Below the pieces are notes generated by a model that worked only from the letters and a program-made list of their open reading frames with translations, was not told where the DNA came from and made no database searches. A DNA stretch of 64,000 bases, from positions 6,432-70,431 of the IMG/VR virus record IMGVR_UViG_3300032731_000125; one strand, given 5' to 3'. Shown here piece by piece: positions 29,761 through 40,300 of this stretch (positions within the stretch are counted from its first letter, which is position 1; each line of letters opens with the position of its first letter). Source of the stretch: a virus. The position numbers were made by a program, and so were the translations under genes.

Positions 29761-32520
29761 TTAATAATCCTCCCAATAAGCGTCGTTTATAGCATCATAT
29801 TCAGCGTCTAAATCATCCTTCATCTGCTCGACTTCATCCCACATTGCCGCCGATGTATTGCCGATTCTTTCGCGTAGTTCCTTGGCTTGACGTTCTTCCT
29901 CTTCTTTAGACACATTGTGCGCTTGATATTCTGACTCTAGGCAATCTGCTTGGAATCCATCCATAAGATGCGATTCCAGCGATTTAAGGGGAATATCGTG
30001 GTATCTTGCATCGCCTGAAACCTGAACACGCTGATATCGGTATTTGCCACGAAAACCTTTACGGGCCAACTTGCATTTTTTTGATATTTGAAATGCAGGG
30101 CCATCGTCTATTTTAGCTATCAACCATTTTGATACAGCATCAATTCGTGGAATTAGATTGTTAGTCCTGGCCGGTCCAACCTCTACGCCAAGATCACCGA
30201 TTGAAACTTCACCCTCTATGGCTTTGTAGCGTAATAATTCAACCCATTCCTTGTCGTGTAGTTTTAAGGCATTAGCATGATAGTCAATACCATCTGGACC
30301 TTCTGTTAATAAGCATTCCCGCAGTATCATAAAGCAGGTTTTCTCATCGGTTTGAACGGGAGTCCGACCAGCAGGGTCACCAAAGCCATTTATAAGTTTC
30401 TTTTGAAGCCATGGTAAATAATTGTCTAACAATTCTGGTACCAATACTTCTCGGGAGAATTTGCGGATGCCCATTCCAGCGTGTTCTTTAACATAGAATT
30501 CATCAAACCATACTTTCTGGCCAGATGGTAAGATTTGGGATAACGAACAAGCTGGCGTATTTCCGAAGTCAAATCCAAGGGTTATGCCAATATTGGGTTC
30601 AGGCTTAATTTCTTTTGGCGGGCAGTGCCATTCATCAATATATTCAGGGTATACCGGGCGAGAATCTGTGATAGTGCCGAATTGGTTCATCAGGAAAACT
30701 TCGATATAGCGAGAATCTTTACCATGGACAAGATCAAGCCAGTAGTCTCCACCAGCAGGTTGACCGTCTACATTTTCACAGACAGAATTGACTATATAGT
30801 AACGATTTTTATGGTCTTTAACGCTGCGCCTTTCATGTGGGTAGTCGGGATTTTTATTAAGGTAGGCTTGCATTGTAGGCTCATCGGGAAATCGTAACAA
30901 TGCCGATGGTTGATTGAATACAGCGTAGCCTTCGGGTATATCTTCCTCGAATAATTCATACCACCAGTGGTCGTCATCGCAAGAATTGGTATCCATTATA
31001 ACGCCTGACCAAGTAATGCCGCCTTTGCGGTTCCCAGGATAACGCCTTACACGTTCCGTGGCTTTGTCGAGTACAGACTTAGGCATTTCAACCGCTTCGT
31101 TCATAAACGCCCCTGTAAGTTCCAGAGATTTCATCCGTCGAACATCTTTAGGCTTGTCAAGAGCAATGAACCATAATTCGAGGTCTATAACAGTTCCGTC
31201 CATCGGGTTTGTCCATAAGAACTTACCACGCATAGGAGCCGTTTGTTTTACCTTGGAACATGAGCCGAACCAATCCATCCATGTTTTTAAAGTCGTATCG
31301 CGCAATTCCGAGTGGGTCTGGGAACTCCAAACAGCCCTACCATTACGACGCACATAAACCACATGGGTTGATACTTCTACACAGTAAACCATATCGTCAT
31401 ATTGCTCTTTGCTCCAATGGCGAGGAAGCATGACAGGATGATATTTCTTTTCAGTTAAAAGCGTAAGAGTGTTGCACGGAGCCGTCATGTTATATACAGG
31501 ACTGTAGTTATTGTACTGCGTGTTAAGATTGGCAACGTATCCTGCTTTTAATGACATTTCCTGGAGATCGTCTGCAAGCTGTTTTGACGATGTGTATAAA
31601 TGCGTGCTTTTATGCTCACCACGACTACGGCAAGAACCATCACCATACTGGAAACCCTTAATAAACGCCCTTAGGTGCCCACGTGGAGCATCTTTTATAT
31701 ATTGTGGCACCCACTTGCTGGTAGATTTTCCGTATTTAGACAATTCTTCAATTAGTTTCTTATTCTTTTTTGATATTTTTATAGTATAATTAGCACACTT
31801 GCCACCATCTTTAAAGCATTTACCATATTTAAAACCATTTATTTTTAACAAGTTTTCAACATATTCATCTTCGTTGTGCGTGACAACAAGGCGATAGTGC
31901 TTACCGTTACAGTCGCTCCTATCATAAACCCCGGCGTACCCCTCAGCGTACCAAAAACCAAGGAACTCAAAAAAGCCTTCAGGCAAACCTGGATGGACAC
32001 CTTCCCATCCAGCATCACGCTTCATACGCCTTAAAGACTTGCCATAAATTTTATCAGCACCAACTATTTCATAGTCGCTCCACACCTTCTTGCGAGTGCG
32101 CCGAGTTGACACATACAAACGATGGTCAGGAGTAACAAGCAGGTCTATGCCTTCCTGTTTAATCCTTGTCATTTCACCTGAATATGGTGCAGAATAATAG
32201 TGCGAAGGTATTTCGAAGGTTAGCTTGTCATCTTTTAAAGTAGCAACCTTGTCGTCAGGCTGAAGGTTTTTGAAAAATTGCCATCCACGGCTTTCGGTAA
32301 GAATCTCAGTTTTAGCGTCAAAACAGTTCCTAATAAGCGCCCATCTGGAATAGCGAACGTTTCTATGGGCTTTTTGTGTACAGGCTTTGTTGAAGATTTC
32401 AAAGCAAGCACCGACAGTCTTGCCCGAGCCAACACTGCCTCTAATTCCACGCACAAAGGACGGGTCAAAGTGGAATTTTTCTATAATAGGACCGGCAGCG
32501 CGGTAATATACGTCATCCAT
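29761..32520 (-). CDS. terL: Terminase large subunit containing an intein
   Basis: Walker A GSVGSGKT, Walker B-like AFMNEAVE, MDTN, nuclease GFDFGNTPA, GDPAG, SHLMDG. Confidence 0.92.
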   Translation of the reverse strand: MDDVYYRAAGPIIEKFHFDPSFVRGIRGSVGSGKTVGACFEIFNKACTQKAHRNVRYSRWALIRNCFDAKTEILTESRGWQFFKNLQPDDKVATLKDDKLTFEIPSHYYSAPYSGEMTRIKQEGIDLLVTPDHRLYVSTRRTRKKVWSDYEIVGADKIYGKSLRRMKRDAGWEGVHPGLPEGFFEFLGFWYAEGYAGVYDRSDCNGKHYRLVVTHNEDEYVENLLKINGFKYGKCFKDGGKCANYTIKISKKNKKLIEELSKYGKSTSKWVPQYIKDAPRGHLRAFIKGFQYGDGSCRSRGEHKSTHLYTSSKQLADDLQEMSLKAGYVANLNTQYNNYSPVYNMTAPCNTLTLLTEKKYHPVMLPRHWSKEQYDDMVYCVEVSTHVVYVRRNGRAVWSSQTHSELRDTTLKTWMDWFGSCSKVKQTAPMRGKFLWTNPMDGTVIDLELWFIALDKPKDVRRMKSLELTGAFMNEAVEMPKSVLDKATERVRRYPGNRKGGITWSGVIMDTNSCDDDHWWYELFEEDIPEGYAVFNQPSALLRFPDEPTMQAYLNKNPDYPHERRSVKDHKNRYYIVNSVCENVDGQPAGGDYWLDLVHGKDSRYIEVFLMNQFGTITDSRPVYPEYIDEWHCPPKEIKPEPNIGITLGFDFGNTPACSLSQILPSGQKVWFDEFYVKEHAGMGIRKFSREVLVPELLDNYLPWLQKKLINGFGDPAGRTPVQTDEKTCFMILRECLLTEGPDGIDYHANALKLHDKEWVELLRYKAIEGEVSIGDLGVEVGPARTNNLIPRIDAVSKWLIAKIDDGPAFQISKKCKLARKGFRGKYRYQRVQVSGDARYHDIPLKSLESHLMDGFQADCLESEYQAHNVSKEEEERQAKELRERIGNTSAAMWDEVEQMKDDLDAEYDAINDAYWEDY
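31318..32325 (-). mobile_element. Intein (336 aa) with LAGLIDADG homing endonuclease
   Basis: Cys66 CFDAKTEILT, block B VTPDH, LAGLIDADG motifs FLGFWYAEG and FIKGFQYGDG, block F VYCVEV, end WSSQ|T. Removal restores ALIRN-THSELRDTT. Confidence 0.9.
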
Positions 32521-35315
32521 TATAGTTGCCCTCTTTGGTATATCTTAATACGTTCGCGCTTTTTTCATATTTTTTAAAAAGCTTTACAAATTCAGCGTCA
32601 AAGCCTACGCTGTTTACTGGATGTGCTTCTCCTATCTGATATATTTCTTGCGGAAGGTCGTTCAACATGCGCCACACAAGTCGCCACAATACCCTTGACT
32701 CGTTAAAGGCAACAACGTCACGAACATCATCAGTTTCAAATGTTATCTTATATGTCATTTTAATTCTCCCCCATCATCCATATTCCATCATCACGCCTGT
32801 TTCGATGTCGATTATATGATACCAGTCAGCGTCTTCTTCTATTTTGGCCAATTCTATGTCGTCCATGGCGTCTTCGATAGTATCGTAGTCACCCTCGAAG
32901 TCGTTCCATCCACCATCAGGGTAATATTGGTATCCATAGAATAGTAAGTATCGATTCACAATTATTATTCCTCTACTTTATCATATGTCAACAAGAATAT
33001 CTCATTTTTAATTGGATACAGCTCGCCCTTGACACCTTGGATAATAAAATCTCCAATCTTGGCTTCGTGCTCACCTTCCAATGTAGGAATAATCGCTGAC
33101 CCAGTTTCCACAACTATCTCAATTCCCTTTGCGTTTATCCACCATTCAGGAACTTCGTCTACCGTCCATTGAAATGCCTCGATCACCACTGGTTTCTTGC
33201 GATATTTAGCCATTATTATACCCCTCTAGTGCAATGTTATAGTTTTGCTTTCATTCGCCTCTTCCGCTTCTAGCCTGGCTTGCAGAACGAACATCTCGGC
33301 GCAATATGCCTGGGCTTTTGCCAATACCATGAGGTTAGCCTGTAAGTCGTTGAACATGGGGTTTACCACAACGCCACCGTCCTCGTAAACATCAATTGTT
33401 ATTTGTAGTTTCGGCTCTGGCGTATCGTCATCGGTTGGATTATTTGTTTCGGTTGTTTCAGTCATTTTTATATCTCCCTTGTTTTCCCTTTTAGAATTTT
33501 GTAACTTTCCTCATTAATATTGTCTATCTTGATCGTCATGGTATGGGTTCTATCGTCAAAACTTACTTCAGTATGCAAACAAAGCCATTCAACAGAAACA
33601 TCTTCGTCTATAAACTCAAAAATCTCGTCTACTTGGTGCGGCATAATTGTCATGTCGCCTCCTATCCTTCCATTATTTTATTAGTATTATATTCAATTTC
33701 AACCGTGGCGCTTATAAGTTTAATCGGTATACTCCAATCCTCATCACATTCTTCACAATAAAAATAGGCGCTATCAGCAGCACCGGCAACCATGTGCGAC
33801 AGGTATTGTTCCCCCAAATTATGAGAAGTTTCTTTTTTGCAATTCGGACAAGGCATAACAATCTCCGCTTCAACATACAAGCGCTTAATGCCTTCAGTGT
33901 CAATGTCACCTTTTAAAGTTTTCATTTTTAACATCTCCTTTTTATCTCATTAAAACAACAAGCTATCCACCATTTCCTGTAACTCGGTTAAAAACTTGAC
34001 ACGTTCATCCTGTAAGCATTCGCAATTCTGGAATCGAGAATGGTCATAATAGTGTTCGAGGTACATTAGATGGCGCATTTTGCACAGTTCGTCAAGTGGC
34101 TGGTTTTGATCGTAATGTTTGGTTATGTCTGTTTTAAAGCGGTGGAATAGTAGCGGCATGTTAGACCCTCGCTCGGCCCCATTGGTCACGGTCGATCAAC
34201 TTATCTTCACCATGCTTGTCAACATAGTCCCAATATGCTTCAAATAGGTCGAGTCTGTTTGTTTTTTCCTGCAATTCTTCGACCTTATCCATCAGTAAAG
34301 ACATTAGGTCTCTGTGGTAGGGGTTCATCTCGTGGATTCTCATGAAAGCCTTTACTTCGTCAACGTTGTATTTTAACCCCTTGCTTTTGCTCATAAAATC
34401 CCCTCCTGCTTGGCAAACCAGTACTTAACATCCATCTCGTTCTCGGCCTCAAAATCCATACCAGGGTCTTTGGTTAGTGATTTCGGTATCCATAGTTCCT
34501 GGTCACCGGCATCAACAAGGATCGCCTTGTCTGTTTGACTTATGTAATCGTATGCTATTGTTACGTATTTGAATTTCGACAATTATCCCTCCCTCCTAAT
34601 CGTTACTGCAAATAGCGCATAATTCCCTATTGAGAATCCGGATTGCACCCTGTATTCGTGGACATTCTTCCGGGTCTTCTCCACAATCAGCATCCGGCCC
34701 ACAACCCTCGCAAACCTCATTGCCAATGTCTTGTACCAATTTTACTTTATCCATTATCTCTCCTTTTCCTTCTACAATGTCTACGCCATGCGTACATGAA
34801 TCCATTGTGTATATGTTTAATGAATGCCCATGTTTTTTGAACACGTTTGATCATTTTGGCCATCCTGTACTACCGGTATCATTCCTGAACATTACTTCTG
34901 CTGGTTCGATTTCCTCCGGCTCAACCTTCAACGCCTCGACAGCCTTGCACAGTCGGAATAGCAACAAGTTGCGGATATAATCACCGTGTGCGTTTTGGTT
35001 CTTGGTTAACTTTGTAAATTCTTCGTAAAATGCTTGGTCTAAGGCCATAATATCCTCCTGTTATTTAAACGCTTCTGGTTTTTTGTTTACGCAGTCGGGG
35101 CATACCCATGCATAGCTTCCATCTTTAGAATAGTACCGGTGATTGGTTATATTCCACCCTGCTTCCTGTGCCTCTTTAACACTGTAATACCTTACAATAA
35201 CGCTATCTTCTGTCACTGTCTTGGATATGTCCTTAAAAACACAACAGCTACACTGATGGATTGTCCATTTGTCCTGAAACCTATCATGTGAGGATAGCAG
35301 GCACATTAAGGCCAT
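32513..35315 (-). other. Run of about 11 tightly packed small hypothetical CDSs (32513-32758, 32774-32959, 32965-33213, 33226-33465, 33468-33653, 33662-33934, 33950-34189, 34161-34394, 34391-34582, 34596-34844, 34851-35048, 35061-35315)
   Basis: Head-to-tail ORFs, most with SD motifs; typical phage accessory genes. Confidence 0.65.
32965..33213 (-). CDS. Conserved phage protein (YRKKPVVIEA / PGDYG-like)
   Basis: MAKYRKKPVVIEAFQW...IPTLEG...GDFIIQGVKGELYP. Confidence 0.7.
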   Translation of the reverse strand: MAKYRKKPVVIEAFQWTVDEVPEWWINAKGIEIVVETGSAIIPTLEGEHEAKIGDFIIQGVKGELYPIKNEIFLLTYDKVEE

Positions 35316-35782
35316 AATACCCTCACTCCCGCCTTGTCCTCGCCGACCCTAATCCATCGATTACAGTCAGCTTGACTGGCGAATACAATTAAATTGTTAA
35401 TATCATCATTATCTTGGTTATGGTCACGGAAATACACAACGTCTGTTTCTTTAAGCGGATAGTGTAAACTTGCAGATCGACATGCCTTGATTTGGGCTTG
35501 GCGATTGGCTTGGTGTTCAGGCTCTCGCATGGCGAGATGGTAGCATGTGGAATTGCAGTAATTATACTTGTTATGTCGGATTTGCGAACGTGGTTTTTCG
35601 AATAGGTCGCCACAATTGTCGCACTGGATAAGCCGTACACCGCCAATGGAGGTGTCAACGCCGTGTTTACAGAGGTAGTTGCGAACAGCTTGCCGGGATA
35701 CCCCGAAAAAGGTAGCGATCATCTGTAGGGAGTACAGGTCGATTTCCCAGAGTTCTATTGCAGTGGTGGTTATTTTAGACAT
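35306..35782 (-). CDS. HTH + Zn-finger + degenerate HNH protein
   Basis: Paralog of 41214..41708 in which VVHHVD is replaced by VVYFRD. Confidence 0.65.
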   Translation of the reverse strand: MSKITTTAIELWEIDLYSLQMIATFFGVSRQAVRNYLCKHGVDTSIGGVRLIQCDNCGDLFEKPRSQIRHNKYNYCNSTCYHLAMREPEHQANRQAQIKACRSASLHYPLKETDVVYFRDHNQDNDDINNLIVFASQADCNRWIRVGEDKAGVRVLWP

Positions 35783-36021
35783 TTGTGTCCTATTCCATAA
35801 GGTGTCGGCTCGAAAGTTGCGGTCTTATTCTCTATGTCCACATGGGTTATTGTCCATGATTGAATGGGTTCTGGGCTTATAAAACAAACACCATCATAAT
35901 GTTTAGTTCCTAAAATCTCTAACGTAGGCTTAGGGTTGACTTTCGCTAATAATTTCAACGGATTCAACACCGCCAACGCTGACAATAACCATGAATATTT
36001 GATAAATTTACGTCTGTTCAT
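35770..36021 (-). CDS. Small protein with twin-arginine (Tat)-like signal
   Basis: MNRRKFIKYSWLLSALAVL. Confidence 0.55.
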   Translation of the reverse strand: MNRRKFIKYSWLLSALAVLNPLKLLAKVNPKPTLEILGTKHYDGVCFISPEPIQSWTITHVDIENKTATFEPTPYGIGHKCLK

Positions 36022-36062
36022 GCCCTATTTACCCTTACTAACCATAACTATTGGTGGAGAAT

Positions 36063-37214
36063 TTATATCAGGACTATCGTACATTCCAAAACTTTGGTTC
36101 CAACCAAGATTGTATATATCAACCCTATCTGGACCATCCTCGCGCCTGGAGACACGAAAAAAGTATGGTATGAACCATGCTCTTTATACATCGCTTCTTT
36201 GGTTAATTCGAGGGTTTCTTTGGCCGATTCTGACACAGCAACGATACCTTGAGGATAGTATCTATTTATATTTGAGTTCATACCTGTACCCCTTGCCAGA
36301 ACCTTTTTTACAGTTCATCATTTTATCAAACTCGTTAAAAGCACCTGTGTACATGTCAAAAGCCTCCAACACCAACGGAACGTATATCTCTATAAGTAGT
36401 TCGTTGATCGTTTTAAGAGATAGAGCAGGGCAACATTTACGTGTATATGGATGCTTATACCTGTATAGCTCAGCCCTTATTAAACCCGAAATATTCACTA
36501 TAACGCCTCCCACGGTTTATCTCCCCAATGTTCAACGACATAATCCAACAGTCTAATCCGAGCCTTGCAAACCATGTTAGTCCAGTCGGGGTTTAAAGGG
36601 TCGTATCTAATGGCTGAATAATAATACCTGCTCGATATATGTAAATATGGTGTGCCACGATTGCGTAGATATAAGGAAAAGAACACAGTATTAACATCTT
36701 TGTACCGTCCTGTCTTGTGCGCAATAACTCTGATATGTTTTTTTAATTTATTTCTCATTCCCTCGCTCTTGTTTATTTATCCCACAATCCAAGATGTTTC
36801 TGGCACTCGTTAACGGTCATTCCGCACCCACAGTCACAGGGGCCACGTAATATCTCATCGATACCTACCGGATCATCGTCGGAATGGTTAAATATCCGGT
36901 CGAATTCATCGTTGAAATTGGGTGATTTGACAGCATTTCCCGGTGATAGTTTTATTGTCATTTTATTCAACCTCGTATTCAGTGATGACCTTTTTAGGCT
37001 TAGGGTTTACAACTTTACCCTTGATGATTAAACTTTCATTATCCCAATAGTTTGTGTCTAAGTATTCTCGAATGTCTTCCTCTGTTAGAAATCCATGAGA
37101 AGTATTGCCTTCAGAAAGTTCTTCGTTTAGTTCTGCCAAAAGTTCGCTTTTTGTGTAAATATTAACGCTTGTATCACCGTCCGAATTGTAAATTTTAAAG
37201 TATTTTTCAGTCAT
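36063..37214 (-). other. Small hypothetical CDSs (36063-36281, 36262-36513, 36498-36758, 36773-36970, 36963-37214)
   Basis: Overlapping head-to-tail ORFs. Confidence 0.55.
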
Positions 37215-37215
37215 T

Positions 37216-37746
37216 TTAGTCTCTCCTTCCAAACATATCTCCAAAGTAACACCGAACAAGATCTACAGCTTGATATTCATCGTCTACCCATGCCGTTACT
37301 GTTTTTGAAATAAACGGATGACCTTTATAGATAGCCTCGCTGTCACCATTGTAAAACCCTATGACTGTCTTATGTGGCTGATCGTAAAACCATGCTAACT
37401 CGAACATTGTACCAATCAAAGGCTTATCAGGATCGTATAGGTTAAGATTAACAATGCCAATGTCGCAAGTACGAACGTACAGACGGTCTTTAGGGACAAT
37501 AATATCATGACCCTTGACCTTAAGAGCTTCACGAATAGTACAATGGTCCTTGTCGTCATGTACGGACTTCTGGGACTCTCGCAACAAAGATCTATTAAAT
37601 TCGTTATTACACGGATCTATAATATTGTATCTGGGGCTTCCATGGAACTTATCGTGCAACCGTTTCCGCCATGCATGAGTTTCTGGTGCCTTAATTGAAA
37701 TCTGGCCCATCAAGTAAATACTTATCGGACTCTGTGTAATGTGCAT
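37216..37746 (-). CDS. Nucleoside 2-deoxyribosyltransferase / dNMP N-glycosidase-like protein
   Basis: IYLMGQI..WR..IIDP..D...V..CD......GTMFELAWF...K.VI matches the NDT family. Confidence 0.75.
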   Translation of the reverse strand: MHITQSPISIYLMGQISIKAPETHAWRKRLHDKFHGSPRYNIIDPCNNEFNRSLLRESQKSVHDDKDHCTIREALKVKGHDIIVPKDRLYVRTCDIGIVNLNLYDPDKPLIGTMFELAWFYDQPHKTVIGFYNGDSEAIYKGHPFISKTVTAWVDDEYQAVDLVRCYFGDMFGRRD

Positions 37747-37748
37747 TT

Positions 37749-38165
37749 TTAATCCTCACTTGGCTTGGTGTTAATATTGTCTTTACCCAGACCCAATAGC
37801 CCATAACCGGCGATATCTTGATACGGGCTCTCACCAAAGGCGTCTTTGTCAGTTGCGATTCTCATTTGTTTGTCGAATATCCGGACTAAGGTCAAGGCAT
37901 CACCGTATTGATCGGGGAGAATGCCGTCAGGGTAAAGTAGTTCTAAGAATTTACCCGCCTTGCCGAAGGAGTTACCATACGCGGCTTGTTTTTCGTCCAC
38001 TAACTTGCCGACGAAGATTGAGAGGGTTTCGTAGTAGGTGTCGTAAGTCTTGGTCTCAGCAATAATCTCGAAATATTCACTGCAACCATCTACAAGACCC
38101 ATACCGCAATTGTCGGAATACTCTTCCATAAATTTACAACAATCCTCATTTCCACATACCCTCAT
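37749..38165 (-). CDS. Nucleotide-modification-associated domain 1 (DUF1599-like) protein
   Basis: KQAAYGNSF...RIFDKQMR...ESPYQDIAGYGLL. Confidence 0.7.
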   Translation of the reverse strand: MRVCGNEDCCKFMEEYSDNCGMGLVDGCSEYFEIIAETKTYDTYYETLSIFVGKLVDEKQAAYGNSFGKAGKFLELLYPDGILPDQYGDALTLVRIFDKQMRIATDKDAFGESPYQDIAGYGLLGLGKDNINTKPSED

Positions 38166-38413
38166 TATATATCACCGTTTTCCTTCCGTTTTTTATCCTC
38201 GTAAGGCGCTAATAGTCTACGCCGGATTTCTTCAGCAGCCTCGTTTAACTCCCCGAGGTAATTCTTAAGCGAGTTGTAACTTTGTGGGACATGATGCTTG
38301 GCATAATAGAAAAGAATGTAATTCAGGTCGCCGTCAGCATTGACTTCCTGGTGTACCATTTCATCTAAGATAGGGCTCAGTTGTATTCTCCGAGGTTTAG
38401 GTATATATGGCAT
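38165..38413 (-). CDS. Conserved phage helical protein (MPYI family)
   Basis: MPYI...GDLNY...Y...G.L...E..RR...PYEDKK..ENGD. Confidence 0.65.
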   Translation of the reverse strand: MPYIPKPRRIQLSPILDEMVHQEVNADGDLNYILFYYAKHHVPQSYNSLKNYLGELNEAAEEIRRRLLAPYEDKKRKENGDI

Positions 38414-38814
38414 TATATCCCAACCCCCTTTTCCGGTCTAACCTGTGTGTAGTGACCCTTGCTTGTATTAAGGTAGAATATATACTCGACCCCATATTTA
38501 AAATATCTGTATCCAATCAACTTGTACTTACCATCACCAGCCGGAATATTAATCGTTTCGGCGCGTTTTATTTTAGCATCTTTATCCGGATTCTGTAGGA
38601 AGTAGTGAACATGCCCACCAGTACAAACGGCCTTGCGAACAACATCCCAGGAAAATAGCACTACAGGATCAAATTCGCCATCATAAGCATACATAGGGGC
38701 TTCTACGATATCACCGGGGATGTTAGGGGTATTTACTGTGGGCTTGGCAGGAACCATGGAACACCCGACGAAGAGTAAAAAGGTAACGATAATGATGGAG
38801 ATGAACTTTTTCAT
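38413..38814 (-). CDS. Lipoprotein
   Basis: MKKFISIIIVTFLLFVG|C lipobox signal with GGGAGG SD. Confidence 0.7.
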   Translation of the reverse strand: MKKFISIIIVTFLLFVGCSMVPAKPTVNTPNIPGDIVEAPMYAYDGEFDPVVLFSWDVVRKAVCTGGHVHYFLQNPDKDAKIKRAETINIPAGDGKYKLIGYRYFKYGVEYIFYLNTSKGHYTQVRPEKGVGI

Positions 38815-38850
38815 TTCTATTTCCTCCCGTTAAAATTAATCAATAGCCTT

Positions 38851-38878
38851 AGTATAGTTATGGTTACAGGTTTGTCAA
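38851..38878 (-). promoter_or_regulatory. Sigma70-like promoter
   Basis: TTGACA-N16-TATACT. Confidence 0.6.
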
Positions 38879-38914
38879 GAGTACAGTGCATACATATTGC
38901 AGGTTAACATTTCA

Positions 38915-39323
38915 TTAGATATGCCAGCTATCCGTAAAAGACCTAACCGACATTTCCAGGTTTTCGATTATCGCTTCCAGGTGGGCTATTTCGGCACAAT
39001 ATCCGGGTTCTGCAAGGCTGCTTGACAATGCACGAACCATCTCCGCAATATTTTTCTTCGCTCCATATGATATGTCGCGCAGCTCAGGATGATATATTAT
39101 ACCCAAAACCGTAGCGTCTGTTTTCTTCATAGCTTCATCCATCATCTTTTCCTTTCTCCTCGGCCTTTCGCGCTAAATACCCTCCCAAGAAAGCATCTTT
39201 AAGAAACCCCACATCGCTATATGACAACGGCACAACCTGCTTGCCGTCAACGCAGAACTTTTTCTCTGACCATATTTTAAATTTCTCTTGTATGCCCATC
39301 ATTCTTTTCCCTTCACAACCCAA
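38915..39323 (-). other. Two small hypothetical CDSs (38915-39145, 39135-39323)
   Basis: Overlapping ORFs. Confidence 0.5.
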
Positions 39324-39736
39324 CCGACAGGGACGGCTTGCTTGTTGTGTATTTTAATTAACCTCGCTACATTCAACCAGTAAAGCCGACCTTTGGCATA
39401 ATTAGCCAATAAAACTTTTTTCTTTTTAAGATTAACAGCAACAGCCAAGACGGAGTGATACCCCCGGTGGCAAAATATTTTCAACTCAACAGGGCAATTG
39501 TCCTTAATCCAGCCCCACGATAAACGCCCTCTGACTGCCCTTAAGTCTAACTTATTGACAACATGGTTGCTGTGAATACAACCACCATGGATAGCTCTTG
39601 CTTTATCACAGTCTTCCATATATTCTTTTCCATACCTAACCGGAACCTCAATGCCATGATATATTGCTGCATTCCAAAGGGCAATTAGTTGACATTCACA
39701 ATACCTTTGATCGTTCCAGTGTTTAGACATCCTCAC
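39299..39736 (-). CDS. Putative papain-fold (C39-like) cysteine peptidase
   Basis: Q...CQLIALWN ... HSVLAV ... LAN: Cys-His-Asn order. Confidence 0.45.
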   Translation of the reverse strand: MRMSKHWNDQRYCECQLIALWNAAIYHGIEVPVRYGKEYMEDCDKARAIHGGCIHSNHVVNKLDLRAVRGRLSWGWIKDNCPVELKIFCHRGYHSVLAVAVNLKKKKVLLANYAKGRLYWLNVARLIKIHNKQAVPVGWVVKGKE

Positions 39737-40283
39737 CCTCTGACAAGCGGCATAGTTCTTGCTCTGCGCATTTGACTATTTCCAAAAACTCCAGATAGCC
39801 ACCACCTGTAGCGATGCCATGTTTACGGTCATATTCATACAGTTCGTCGCACTCACGACACCATGCCACGGCATCCCGCAACTCGGCAAGCTTTATGTTT
39901 AGCCATTCGGCTTCGGCACAAGGAGTACAAGTCGGGTCGGCGCTTGATGGCGGGTCTCCATTTTTGTCGATATAATAACACGCGCACTTAGAACAGGTCG
40001 TATAGCCATAAAAGTCCCTGTCTCTGTCCTTGTATAGATCAGCAAGCTCGGCCCTGGTTTCCTCTGCCCCTGTAATTCCTTTATCCAACAGCATGGCGTA
40101 TTTTTCGTGTAATTCGGCAAAATCGACCTCGGCTTTTTCGAGTTCAGCTTCAAGCTTCTTGGCCTTGCGAGCAAGATAGTCGTTTGTTTTTGCATATTCG
40201 GCAAGCTCGTCTTCCAAAACAGTAATAAAACGATCCTTGTCTGACGGATCAGTTATACTCACAATACATTTGCATTCTTTCAT
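39723..40283 (-). CDS. Coiled-coil protein with CxxC motifs
   Basis: 186 aa with heptads, CSKC and CTPC. Confidence 0.55.
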   Translation of the reverse strand: MKECKCIVSITDPSDKDRFITVLEDELAEYAKTNDYLARKAKKLEAELEKAEVDFAELHEKYAMLLDKGITGAEETRAELADLYKDRDRDFYGYTTCSKCACYYIDKNGDPPSSADPTCTPCAEAEWLNIKLAELRDAVAWCRECDELYEYDRKHGIATGGGYLEFLEIVKCAEQELCRLSEGEDV

Positions 40284-40300
40284 AGTGTCCTTTCGTAATA

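Noticed and set aside
35-32577. Many plus-strand ORFs of 60-200 aa opposite the structural genes (e.g. 10645..11226, 20875..21372, 22237..22707)
   Set aside because: Antisense shadows of long minus-strand genes: Ser/Thr-rich, no SD, no motifs
35936-36556. 206-aa plus-strand ORF
   Set aside because: Overlaps several coupled minus-strand ORFs that fit the operon direction; no SD or motif
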